In this document: piece by piece, positions 55,923 through 64,000 of the stretch
Position numbering within the stretch: position 1 is the stretch's first letter
Layout of the letters: each line of letters opens with the position of its first letter
Source: Candidatus Latescibacterota bacterium
Lineage (GTDB): Bacteria > Latescibacterota > UBA2968 > UBA8231
DNA: 64,000 nt
Direction of reading: 5' to 3'
Assembly (NCBI GenBank): GCA_965243025.1
Contig: CBDETY010000003.1
Span: 5,280,001 to 5,344,000 of the forward strand
Made by a program: the position numbers and the translations under genes
The notes under the pieces: generated by a model
Databases searched by the model: none
What the model saw: the letters and a program-made list of their open reading frames with translations, nothing else
Told to the model about the DNA's origin: nothing

Positions 55923-56867
55923 TCAGCGCATCAGGTACTCCTCGTTGTAAGTCGCCTCGCGCGCCGCCTCGATGGTGTGCAGGTGCGGGGTCAGCGCCTG
56001 CACCTGGATGAAGTAGTACTCCGCCTCGGTTTTGCGCCCGGCCTTTTCCATCACCGTGCCGAGGTTGTGCAGCGCCGGAACGTGGTCCTCCTCGAGCCCG
56101 ACCGCGGTGGTGAAGGCGCGCTCGGCGGGCTCGAGCTGGTCGAGGCGCAGGTGGGCGATCCCCTGGGCGTAGTAGATGTCGGCGTCGTCAGGTGCCAGCT
56201 TGACCGCGGCGTCGAACTGGGCCAGGGCCCCCTCCGTTTTTTTCGCGGTAAGCAGGATCAGCCCTCTGCTGAAACGGGCCTGCGCCAGCCCGCGGCGTCC
56301 GCCGGGATAAGTGGGATTCTGCTCCAGGACCACCCCGAGGTGCTCTATCGCCATGGCGTAGTCGCCGATCTTGTGGTAGGCGACAGCGAGGTTGTAACGG
56401 GCGTTGATGCGGTTCGGATCGGACCCGATCACCCATTCGAGCAGGGCGATCCCCTCGTTGTGGCGCTTGGTCCGGCACCACAGCGCTCCGAGGCCGGCCT
56501 TGGCCTCGACCAGGGAGGTGTCGACCTCCAGAGCCGCCTGGTAATGTCTCTCCGCTTCTCCGAGACGGGACTCGGCGTGCAGGATCACCGCGAGATTGCA
56601 GTGGGCCTCGGCGTAGCGCGGTTGCAATTCGAGCGCCTTCTGGAGATGCGATTCCGCCTCGTAGTGGTGGCCGTCCTCGTAGAGGGCGTTGCCGAGCAGG
56701 ACGCGGAGCTGGGCGTTGTGGGGATCCTTGCGGACGCGGTCGGCGAGGTAGCGGACCTTCTCCTTGGCCCACATGTCGTAGCGCTCCTTGCCCTCGGCGG
56801 CGAGCTCGGGGAGGGCAAGCGGGGAGAACGAGACCGCAGCTGCCACGACCAGGGGGAAGGCAGTCAC
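55923..56867 (-). CDS. Tetratricopeptide repeat protein with probable signal peptide
   Basis: Multiple TPR motifs (AHCNLA, ARYNLA, ALHNLG); hydrophobic N-terminus. Confidence 0.85.
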   Translation of the reverse strand: MTAFPLVVAAAVSFSPLALPELAAEGKERYDMWAKEKVRYLADRVRKDPHNAQLRVLLGNALYEDGHHYEAESHLQKALELQPRYAEAHCNLAVILHAESRLGEAERHYQAALEVDTSLVEAKAGLGALWCRTKRHNEGIALLEWVIGSDPNRINARYNLAVAYHKIGDYAMAIEHLGVVLEQNPTYPGGRRGLAQARFSRGLILLTAKKTEGALAQFDAAVKLAPDDADIYYAQGIAHLRLDQLEPAERAFTTAVGLEEDHVPALHNLGTVMEKAGRKTEAEYYFIQVQALTPHLHTIEAAREATYNEEYLMR

Positions 56868-58165
56868 GGGTGGTACTTGCGGATGCGGTTGTTGAAGGTG
56901 TCGGCGACGTAGATGTAGCCGTCGGAGTCGAGGGCGATGCCCCCGGCCAGGACCTTGCGGTCAGTCGTCGAACCGAGGTCGAGATCGTCGACCACCGTGA
57001 CCGTGCCGCCGAAGCGGAAAGCACCCTCTTTCTCCTCGCCGCCGGGGGCCCATCGCGTCAGGTACTCCCCATCCCGGAAGACCTCGATGCGGCCGTACCC
57101 GGCGTTGACGACGAAGACCCTGTTGTTCTTTTCGTCGAATGCGAAGTCGCTCGGGCGGGAGAGCAGGCCGGCTCCGCGATCCTCCTCGGAAAGCGGATCC
57201 CGTCCCAGCACGAGGTCGATCTCCTCCCTTTCGGCGCTCTTGTAGAAGACGAGGCGCGGGGCTCGCCAGCCGGTTTCGACAATGTCGAGGGGCTCGACCA
57301 GGGCGGCGAACCAGCCGCGCCAGAAGCGCAGCCTCGAAACCAGGAGGGCCGGCACGCGGTACTCGAAGACGGGGTCGCCGCCGGTGGAGAACTGGTGCAG
57401 CCGGCTGATGCTCTCGATGAAGACGCGGTCCCCGTCGACGGCGATGTGGCGGGCGAACACCCCCGCGAGGGGGCGCGTCCACAACAGCTTGCCGTTGCGG
57501 TCGAATTTCGCCCAGGCCGGACGCGGCGCCCCGACAGCGGGAAGCGTGTTGAAGGCGACGAACAGGTTGCCGTCGGCATCGAGCGCTATGGCCGGTCCGT
57601 CGAGGGTGCCTGTTTCGATGAAGGCGTTGGGCAGGTCGGCGAACTGCCAGCGCCCCAGGTAATGGCCGGCGCGGTCGAAGCGTTCGACGCGGCCGGCGCC
57701 GATGCCGACGACGTTGAGAATGCCGCGTTCGTCGAAGGCGATGCGGGTGGGCAGGAAACCGCGGGGAAGGCTCCAGGAGTTGAGGAGGCGGTGGATTCCC
57801 CCTTTGGCCGGCTTGCTGGCCGAGGGATCGTCGCCGTCATCCCCGGGTTTGCCGATGCGCTCGACGACGACGCGGTAGCGGTAGGTGGTGTTGGCGAGCA
57901 GGCCGCTGTCCCGGCGGGTGGTGTCCAGGCGGCCGGCGATCAAGGCGATGGTCTCGAAATCCCGCCCCGCGCGGGACCGCTGGATTCTGTACTGAAGAAA
58001 GCCCTGCTGCGGGCTGGCGTCCCAGGCGAGCTCGGCAGCTGCGGAGACGCTGTCGAATTCGACCGTCAGGCGGGGAGGCGGCACGACGGGCGGTTTGCTG
58101 CGGAAAAATGGGAATGCGCACGAGCCTAGCACCCATGCGCATGCAAACAGAACGATCGCTGACAT
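56864..58165 (-). CDS. Putative lipoprotein with FN3-like domain and NHL/beta-propeller repeats
   Basis: LGSC lipobox-like, LAW...NTTYRYRV (FN3), and GIALDSDGYIYVADTFNNRIRK (NHL). Confidence 0.75.
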   Translation of the reverse strand: MSAIVLFACAWVLGSCAFPFFRSKPPVVPPPRLTVEFDSVSAAAELAWDASPQQGFLQYRIQRSRAGRDFETIALIAGRLDTTRRDSGLLANTTYRYRVVVERIGKPGDDGDDPSASKPAKGGIHRLLNSWSLPRGFLPTRIAFDERGILNVVGIGAGRVERFDRAGHYLGRWQFADLPNAFIETGTLDGPAIALDADGNLFVAFNTLPAVGAPRPAWAKFDRNGKLLWTRPLAGVFARHIAVDGDRVFIESISRLHQFSTGGDPVFEYRVPALLVSRLRFWRGWFAALVEPLDIVETGWRAPRLVFYKSAEREEIDLVLGRDPLSEEDRGAGLLSRPSDFAFDEKNNRVFVVNAGYGRIEVFRDGEYLTRWAPGGEEKEGAFRFGGTVTVVDDLDLGSTTDRKVLAGGIALDSDGYIYVADTFNNRIRKYHP

Positions 58166-58364
58166 CCGTCGAGTATGGTACTGGGCGGTTCGGGGGGTGT
58201 CAATTTGCGAGCCCTGTTCCGGAAATGGAACGCCGTCGGAAAGCTGACAGCCGTGTGGATGCCGCTGGGGGGCGGACGTACATTCCGGCCCTCCCCGCCC
58301 GGCGGCCGAATTCACGCGGAATTGCGCGCGCAGGAACTGGACCATTCAAGCCTCCACCCCTGAT

Positions 58365-59159
58365 GTGACACCGGTTATCACTCTCACCACCGACTTCGGG
58401 GAGCGCGATTATTACGTCGGCGCCGTCAAGGGCGTGCTCCTGTCCATCCACCCGGACCTCGCCATCGTCGACATCACCCACGCCGTTCCGCCCGGCGACG
58501 TGCTCGCCGGAGCATTCGTGCTGCGCAACGCCGCGGCGGAGTTTCCCCCCGGATCGATCCACCTCGCCGTGGTCGACCCGGGAGTCGGCACGAAGCGGCG
58601 GACGATCGCCGTCAGCGGCAGGGGATCCCTGTGGGTGGGCCCCGACAACGGCCTCCTCAGCTTCCCCCTCGGGGATCCCGCAGCGGTGACCCGCGAAATC
58701 ACCCCGCCTCCCCGCGGCCGGAGGCTGAGCGCGACCTTTCACGGCCGCGACCTGTTCGCTCCCTGTGCCGCCCGCCTCGCCGCGGGGTACCCCTTCGCCC
58801 TCGTCGGCCCGCGCGCAACCGGCGCCGAGATCCTGTCAGAGGCCCGCCCCGTTATCGGGAGCGGACGTGTCGCCGGGCAGGTGATCCATGTCGACGGCTT
58901 CGGCAACGCGGTCACCAACATTGCCGGCGAGGACCTCGACGCGCTCGCGGGCACCGGGGGCGCCGCCCGGCTCAGGGTTCTCGCCGGGGCCCGGCGGCTT
59001 CCCGTTGCCGCCACCTACGGCGACGTCGAGAGGGGGGCGCCGGTAGCCGTGGTCGGCAGCTGCGGCCTGCTCGAGCTGGCGGTCAACGGGGGCAACGGGG
59101 CGGAGTTTCTGCAGCTGCGGCGGCGGGACCCGGTAGTGGTCGAACGGGAAGGACCGTGA
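58365..59159 (+). CDS. SAM hydroxide adenosyltransferase (DUF62; chlorinase/fluorinase superfamily)
   Basis: TLTTDFG, VVDPGVG, GPDNG, TFHGRD and DGFGN. Confidence 0.9.
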   Translation: MTPVITLTTDFGERDYYVGAVKGVLLSIHPDLAIVDITHAVPPGDVLAGAFVLRNAAAEFPPGSIHLAVVDPGVGTKRRTIAVSGRGSLWVGPDNGLLSFPLGDPAAVTREITPPPRGRRLSATFHGRDLFAPCAARLAAGYPFALVGPRATGAEILSEARPVIGSGRVAGQVIHVDGFGNAVTNIAGEDLDALAGTGGAARLRVLAGARRLPVAATYGDVERGAPVAVVGSCGLLELAVNGGNGAEFLQLRRRDPVVVEREGP

Positions 59160-60553
59160 CCGGGGCGCCGCTGATCTCCGGCATCTCCGGCATCCGCGGC
59201 ATCGCCGGGGAGTCCTTCACCGAGGAGGTGGTGCGCCGCTATGCCGACGCCTTCGCCGTCTCCCTCGAACCGGGAGCCCCGGTCGTCCTGGCGCGCGACA
59301 CCCGACCCTCCGGCGCCGGATTCGCCGCCGCCGCGAGCGAGGCCCTGGTCGAAGCCGGCTGCCGGGTCGTCGACTGCGGCGTCTGCTCGACCCCGGCGGC
59401 GAAGCTGATGGTGACCGAGCTCGGGGCGGCCGGGGGGATCGCGGTCACAGCCAGCCACAACCCGGCTCCCTGGAACGGGCTCAAGCTGATCCGTTCCGAC
59501 GGGGTTTTCCTCAACGCCGGCCAGGCCGCAGAGGTCGAGGAACGCTTCGGCTCCGGGGAATCGCGGCGCCTCCCCGGCGGGGCGGAGACCTCACTCGATT
59601 CCGCCTCGGTCTGCGAGCTCCACGCCGACCGCGTCCTCGCACAGGTCGACGCCGCTTCCATCCGGGAAGCCACCTTGCGGGTGGCCGTCGATCCCTGCAA
59701 CGGCGCCGGATGCCTGGAGCTGCCGCTGCTGCTCGAGCGGCTCGGGGTGGAAGCGGGTTTCATCAACGCCGTTCCCGACGGGAACTTCGCCCGCGAACCG
59801 GAGCCGCTTCCCGCCAACCTCGGCCAGCTCGGGGAGGCGGTCCGGGAGCAGGGGGCGGACCTCGGTTTCGCCGTCGACCCGGACGCCGACCGCGTCGCCC
59901 TGGTGGGGCCGGACGGGGTCCCGCCGGGAGAGGATTACACCCTGGCCCTGGCGGTCGCCGCGGTCACCGCCCGGCGCCCCGGGCCGGTGGTCACCACCCT
60001 GTCGACCTCGCAGATCGTCAGCGACGCGGCGGGGCGGAACGGCTGCCCGGTGACGCTCACCGCGGTCGGGGAGGTGCACGTCGTCGAGAAGATGCTCGAG
60101 GAACGGGCGGTGATCGGGGGCGAGGGAAACGGCGGGGTGATCCTGACCGGGGTCTGCCCCGGCCGGGACGCGGCCGCCGCCGTCGCCGTCGTGCTCGAGG
60201 CGCTGGCGGTGAGCGGGTCCACCCTGCCGGAGCTGGCCGCCTCCCTGCCGGCGTACGCCATCGAGAAGCGCAAGCTCGCCTGCAGTCCCGTTCAGCTGCA
60301 GGGAGCCGTTGTTGCCCTCCGCAACCGCTATCCGGCGGCCTGGGCCCACCCGGTGGAGGACGGCGTCAAGCTGTACATGGAGGGAGTGCTCTCCTGCCCG
60401 TGGATTCACCTGCGGGCGTCGAACACCGAACCGGTGGTGCGCGTCATTGCCGAGGCGGAGACCCCGGCCGAGGCGAAAGCGCTGTGCGATGAGGCCGAGT
60501 CGCTGCTCGGGGAGTCGGGGAAACTCCCGGCGGGGCAGGGGGAAACAGTGTAG
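59156..60553 (+). CDS. Phosphohexomutase (phosphoglucosamine mutase / PMM-PGM family)
   Basis: SGIRG, TASHNP, DPDADR, GEGNGG and RASNTEP; GTG overlaps the upstream stop. Confidence 0.9.
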   Translation: MTGAPLISGISGIRGIAGESFTEEVVRRYADAFAVSLEPGAPVVLARDTRPSGAGFAAAASEALVEAGCRVVDCGVCSTPAAKLMVTELGAAGGIAVTASHNPAPWNGLKLIRSDGVFLNAGQAAEVEERFGSGESRRLPGGAETSLDSASVCELHADRVLAQVDAASIREATLRVAVDPCNGAGCLELPLLLERLGVEAGFINAVPDGNFAREPEPLPANLGQLGEAVREQGADLGFAVDPDADRVALVGPDGVPPGEDYTLALAVAAVTARRPGPVVTTLSTSQIVSDAAGRNGCPVTLTAVGEVHVVEKMLEERAVIGGEGNGGVILTGVCPGRDAAAAVAVVLEALAVSGSTLPELAASLPAYAIEKRKLACSPVQLQGAVVALRNRYPAAWAHPVEDGVKLYMEGVLSCPWIHLRASNTEPVVRVIAEAETPAEAKALCDEAESLLGESGKLPAGQGETV

Positions 60554-60588
60554 GGACGGCCGCAGCTGCGGCTGGGCGCCGGCTCCTC

Positions 60589-60975
60589 CTACGAGGTGGA
60601 GGAGGAGTCCTCCACCCCGAGGTTGTCGCGCACCCGGGGTTCGACCGGAAGTTCCTCCTCGACACTTCCCCTGGCGGGGATGTCGACCCGTTCCTCGACC
60701 TTCTGCGTCAGGCGATGGATACTCTGGTTGGCCTTGTCGGCGAACTCCTTGCGCTCCTTGTCGAGGCTGAGGAACTCGTCGGCGATCTGCATGGCGGCGA
60801 GGATGGCGACCCGCAGGTCCTGCAGGTTGGTCTTATGGTTATCGGCGATTTCCCGCATCTTCTGGTCGACGTATTCGGCGGCCGGCTGGATCTTCTCCAG
60901 CTCTCCGCTGATCCTGTAGGTCTTGCCGAAGATCTCGACCTCGACTCCCTCGAACTGCTTGTCTGACTTCGCCAT
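60589..60975 (-). CDS. zapA: Cell division protein ZapA
   Basis: VEIFGKTY, AEYVDQKMREI and AILAAMQIADE. Confidence 0.88.
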   Translation of the reverse strand: MAKSDKQFEGVEVEIFGKTYRISGELEKIQPAAEYVDQKMREIADNHKTNLQDLRVAILAAMQIADEFLSLDKERKEFADKANQSIHRLTQKVEERVDIPARGSVEEELPVEPRVRDNLGVEDSSSTS

Positions 60976-61175
60976 GGCACCGTTCCCGTTCCTGGTTGCG
61001 CGTGCATGCCGCCGGCACGCGGTGCCCAATCTATACCCCTGCCGGGCGGGCGGCAAGCGCGCCGCCGCGGGGAACCCGGTCTCGGGACCGGTGCTTGCAA
61101 CTCCCCGCTGAATCGATCACCGTATTGGACCCTGGCAGCACCCGGTCCCGACCATCCGAGCCCCATACCTGCCCC

Positions 61176-62153
61176 GTGAAAGCCATCCTCGTCGATCCCG
61201 ACACCCGCGGCCTGTCGTGGGAGACCGTGCCCGATCCGCAGCCCGGTCCAGGCGAGGTTCTCGTCGACATCCACGCCACCGCCGTCAACCGCGCCGACCT
61301 GCTGCAGAGATCGGGGGGGTATCCGCCGCCGCCCGGGGCCCCGGAGTACCTCGGCCTGGAGATGGCGGGGGTGGTGTCGGAGGCCGGTGACGGCAGCGAA
61401 TGGAAACGGGGCGACCGGGTCTGCGCCCTGCTCAGCGGCGGCGGCTACGCCGAGCGGGTCGCGGTGCCGCAGCGCCTTCTGCACCGCATGCCCGACAACT
61501 GGGACTTCACCTACGGGGCCGCCGTTCCCGAAGTCTTCTACACGGCGTTCGTCAACCTGTTTCTCGAAGCCGGCCTCCAGCCCGGGGAAACCGCCCTCAT
61601 CCACGGAGGGGCCAGCGGCGTCGGGACCGCGGCGATCCAGCTGGCAAAGCAGTCCGGCTGCCGCGTCCTGGCGACCGCGGGCAGCGAGCCCAAGCTCGAG
61701 TGCTGCCGGCGCCTGGGGGCCGAGCTCGCCGTCGACTACAAGCGGGAGAACTTCGCCGAGGCGGTCCTCGCCCACTGCGACGGGGTCGACGTCGTCCTCG
61801 ACATCGCCGGGGCCAGCTCGCTTCCGGGCAACGTCGAGGTGCTCAAGCTCAAGGGGAGGCTGGTGGTCATCTCCGTTCTCGGGGGCACCGAGGGGGCCCT
61901 CGACGTCGGCGCCCTCCTGCGCAAACGGCTGCGCATCGCCGGCTCGCTCCTGCGCAGCCGTTCGGTCGCCGAGAAGGCGGCGATCAAGGAGGCGCTCGAA
62001 GAGCGCCTGTGGGGGATGATCGAGGACGGCCGCATCGAAGCGGTCATCGACAGCGTGCTGCCGGTAACCGAGGCAAGAGAGGCGCACCGCAGGCTGGCGG
62101 AAAACCGCAACATCGGCAAGGTCGTGCTTGCCGTCAGGGAGCAGGAACCATGA
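61176..62153 (+). CDS. NAD(P)H-quinone oxidoreductase (MDR, PIG3-like)
   Basis: VNRADL, GYPPPPG, GLEMAG, HGGASGVG and IGKVVL; GTG start at 61176. Confidence 0.9.
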   Translation: MKAILVDPDTRGLSWETVPDPQPGPGEVLVDIHATAVNRADLLQRSGGYPPPPGAPEYLGLEMAGVVSEAGDGSEWKRGDRVCALLSGGGYAERVAVPQRLLHRMPDNWDFTYGAAVPEVFYTAFVNLFLEAGLQPGETALIHGGASGVGTAAIQLAKQSGCRVLATAGSEPKLECCRRLGAELAVDYKRENFAEAVLAHCDGVDVVLDIAGASSLPGNVEVLKLKGRLVVISVLGGTEGALDVGALLRKRLRIAGSLLRSRSVAEKAAIKEALEERLWGMIEDGRIEAVIDSVLPVTEAREAHRRLAENRNIGKVVLAVREQEP

Positions 62154-63205
62154 GTGCATCGACCCGCTACCGGGAGATCGAGGTTCGCGGCACGCCGCGG
62201 CAGATGGGGGAACAGCTCGGAGAGGAGGCGCGCGACGAGATCCGCGGCTTCGACGCCGTGGCCCTGGAGCGCGTCAACCTGACCGTGGCGGTCTCCGAGG
62301 AGTCCGCACTCGCGGTCGCCGCCGACAGTATCGGGCGCGTCGCCGGGTACGCCCCGGAAATGCTCGAGGAGCTCAACGGCATGGCCGCTTCCTCCGGGGT
62401 GCCGGCCGAGCGCCTGATGCTGCTGCAGATCCGCAATCAGCTGCGTCCCGACGACGGCGGCTGCACCTCGTTCGCGCTCTCGCAGCCGGCGGCGGCAGGC
62501 ACCTTCGTCGGCCAGAACTGGGACAACGACCCCGAGCTGGATCCCTACACCATCGTGCTGACCCGGCGGCCGGAAGGGGAACCGGCCTTCATGTCCATCA
62601 CCCAGGCCGGCCTGGTCGCCTACATCGGCGTCAGCGACGCGGGAATCGGCATCTGCATGAACACCCTGCCGGCCCCCTGCCGGCCGCTCGGGGTTCCCCA
62701 TTACTTCACGGTCCGCCGGATGTACGGGGCCGGCACACTCGGGGACGCCCTGAAGGCGGTGCGCCGGGCCGAGCGGGCCATTCCCGCCAACGTGATCCTT
62801 GCGGCGCCGGACGGCCTGGCGGATTTCGAGATTACCATCGGCGACGTCCACGTCATCGGCGACGACGGCAGCGGCATCGTCACCCACACCAACCACTGCG
62901 TCCACCCCGACCTGGCGCCGGTAAACGCCGACTTCCCGGAGCTGATCCAGTCGGGGCCGCGCAAGTGCCGCGTCGACGAGCTGCTGCGCCGGGCCCCGAG
63001 GCCGCTGACCGAGGCCTCGCTCCGGGAGATCCTCAGCGATCACGACGGCCACCCGCACTCGATCTGCCGCCACGCCAACGACCATCCCGACAACGGCTAC
63101 TGGACCTCCGTCTTCTCGGTTATCATCGACGTCGGCGCCTGCCGGATGCAGGTCAGCCGCGGCAATCCGTGTGAAGCACCGTACGAAACCTACCACCTGA
63201 ACTGA
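62150..63205 (+). CDS. C45-family autoproteolytic acyltransferase/hydrolase
   Basis: GCTSF nucleophile site, GQNWD, HTNH and GNPC; ATGA overlap with the upstream gene. Confidence 0.88.
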   Translation: MSASTRYREIEVRGTPRQMGEQLGEEARDEIRGFDAVALERVNLTVAVSEESALAVAADSIGRVAGYAPEMLEELNGMAASSGVPAERLMLLQIRNQLRPDDGGCTSFALSQPAAAGTFVGQNWDNDPELDPYTIVLTRRPEGEPAFMSITQAGLVAYIGVSDAGIGICMNTLPAPCRPLGVPHYFTVRRMYGAGTLGDALKAVRRAERAIPANVILAAPDGLADFEITIGDVHVIGDDGSGIVTHTNHCVHPDLAPVNADFPELIQSGPRKCRVDELLRRAPRPLTEASLREILSDHDGHPHSICRHANDHPDNGYWTSVFSVIIDVGACRMQVSRGNPCEAPYETYHLN

Positions 63206-63223
63206 GGGTAACGGGAAACAGCA

Positions 63224-64000
63224 ATGGCGACCCTGCATGGAACGACGGTAGACGCGGCAACGGGCGAGGCGATCGACGCCAAGGTCCACGTCCTCAGCTC
63301 GAGAGGCACCTTTCAGCATCCCGCCGACGCCCTGCTCAAGCGCGGACCCGGGACGCCGTTCTTCTTCGCCGACGGCTCCTTCGAGGTCGAGGTGCCGCGC
63401 GGCCGCACCGACGTGCTCGTCGAGCGCGGCAGCGAGTACGAACCTGCGCGCGTCGTGGTCGAGGCCCCGGAGAAGGGAGTCGTCGAGGTCGAGGTCGCGC
63501 TGCGGCGCTGGCACCACCCGCAGGAGGAGAACTGGTACCCCGGCAACACCCACATCCACTACGACGAAAAGGAAGCGCGTCCCGACGACCGCCTCGCCGT
63601 CGACTGCAGCGTCGAAGGGTACAACGTCACCGTCGTCAGCGTCCTCGACCGCCGCCAGCTGCCGTACGCGAGCAACAAGTACCCGATCGGGGTGATGAAC
63701 GAGTTCACCACCGCCCACCACGTCCTCGACATCGGCGAGGAGAACCGCCACTACGGCGAGAAGTCCCCCTGGGGCATGGGCTACGGTCACGTGATGTTCC
63801 TCAACATCCGCAACCTCGTGCAGCCGGTGAGCCGCGGCCACATCCTCACGGCGCAGTTCGACCCGGACTACCCCCCCTTGTGCTTCTGCTGCGACGACGC
63901 CCGCGGCCAGGGGGGCCTGGTGATCTGGTGCCACAACGGCCGCGGCATGGAGGCGCCGGTCGCCGCCGCCCTCGGCAAGCTCGACGCCTTCAATCTCTTC
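63224..64000 (+). CDS. CehA/McbA-like PHP-domain metallohydrolase (runs off the window end)
   Basis: Manual translation from ATG 63224: MATLHG...ERGSEY...WYPGNTHIH...GEENRH...YGHV...WCH; not in the ORF track because it has no stop. Confidence 0.75.
   Translation, partial: MATLHGTTVDAATGEAIDAKVHVLSSRGTFQHPADALLKRGPGTPFFFADGSFEVEVPRGRTDVLVERGSEYEPARVVVEAPEKGVVEVEVALRRWHHPQEENWYPGNTHIHYDEKEARPDDRLAVDCSVEGYNVTVVSVLDRRQLPYASNKYPIGVMNEFTTAHHVLDIGEENRHYGEKSPWGMGYGHVMFLNIRNLVQPVSRGHILTAQFDPDYPPLCFCCDDARGQGGLVIWCHNGRGMEAPVAAALGKLDAFNLF

Noticed and set aside
58365-59159. Possible fluorinase/chlorinase
   Set aside because: It retains the Asp/Arg/His residues of SAM hydrolases (VVDPGVG..RR, TFHGRD) rather than the halogenase variants, so an ordinary DUF62 enzyme is more likely.
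60553-60600. 6S RNA downstream of zapA
   Set aside because: Only about 35 bp separate zapA from the convergent mutase gene, too little room.

Overview
High-GC bacterial chromosome segment with no rRNA, tRNA or CRISPR array that I can see. The left (1-11.9 kb) and right (41-64 kb) flanks hold metabolic and housekeeping genes: LLM oxidoreductase, two PhyH-type Fe/2OG dioxygenases, amidohydrolases, msrB, dpaL, galM, an M29 aminopeptidase, comEC, fxsA, class I lysS, infA, zapA, a phosphohexomutase, and an MntA/HepT-type toxin-antitoxin pair. The centre (about 12.0-36.6 kb, all minus strand) is an anti-phage defence island built on a complete class 1 DISARM system (drmD-drmMI-[cargo]-drmA-drmB-drmC). 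About 8.8 kb of more AT-rich cargo sits between drmMI and drmA: a Gabija-like OLD nuclease + UvrD pair, a ThsB-like TIR protein coupled to a small membrane protein with no ThsA, an unknown pair (putative ADP-ribosyltransferase-fold protein + larger partner), an orphan 339-aa protein with a hydrophobic C-terminal hairpin, and a membrane-anchored pentapeptide-repeat protein. Downstream of drmC is another unknown pair (small toxin-like gene + ImmA/IrrE-like protein lacking HEXXH). Its small gene is interrupted by a 160-bp palindromic MITE with a CTAG duplication, and removing the MITE restores the frame exactly. Right of the island is an NHEJ cluster (ligD-ku) followed by a TPR protein with a QLDLF sliding-clamp-type motif. 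All family calls come from motif recognition by eye, not database searches.
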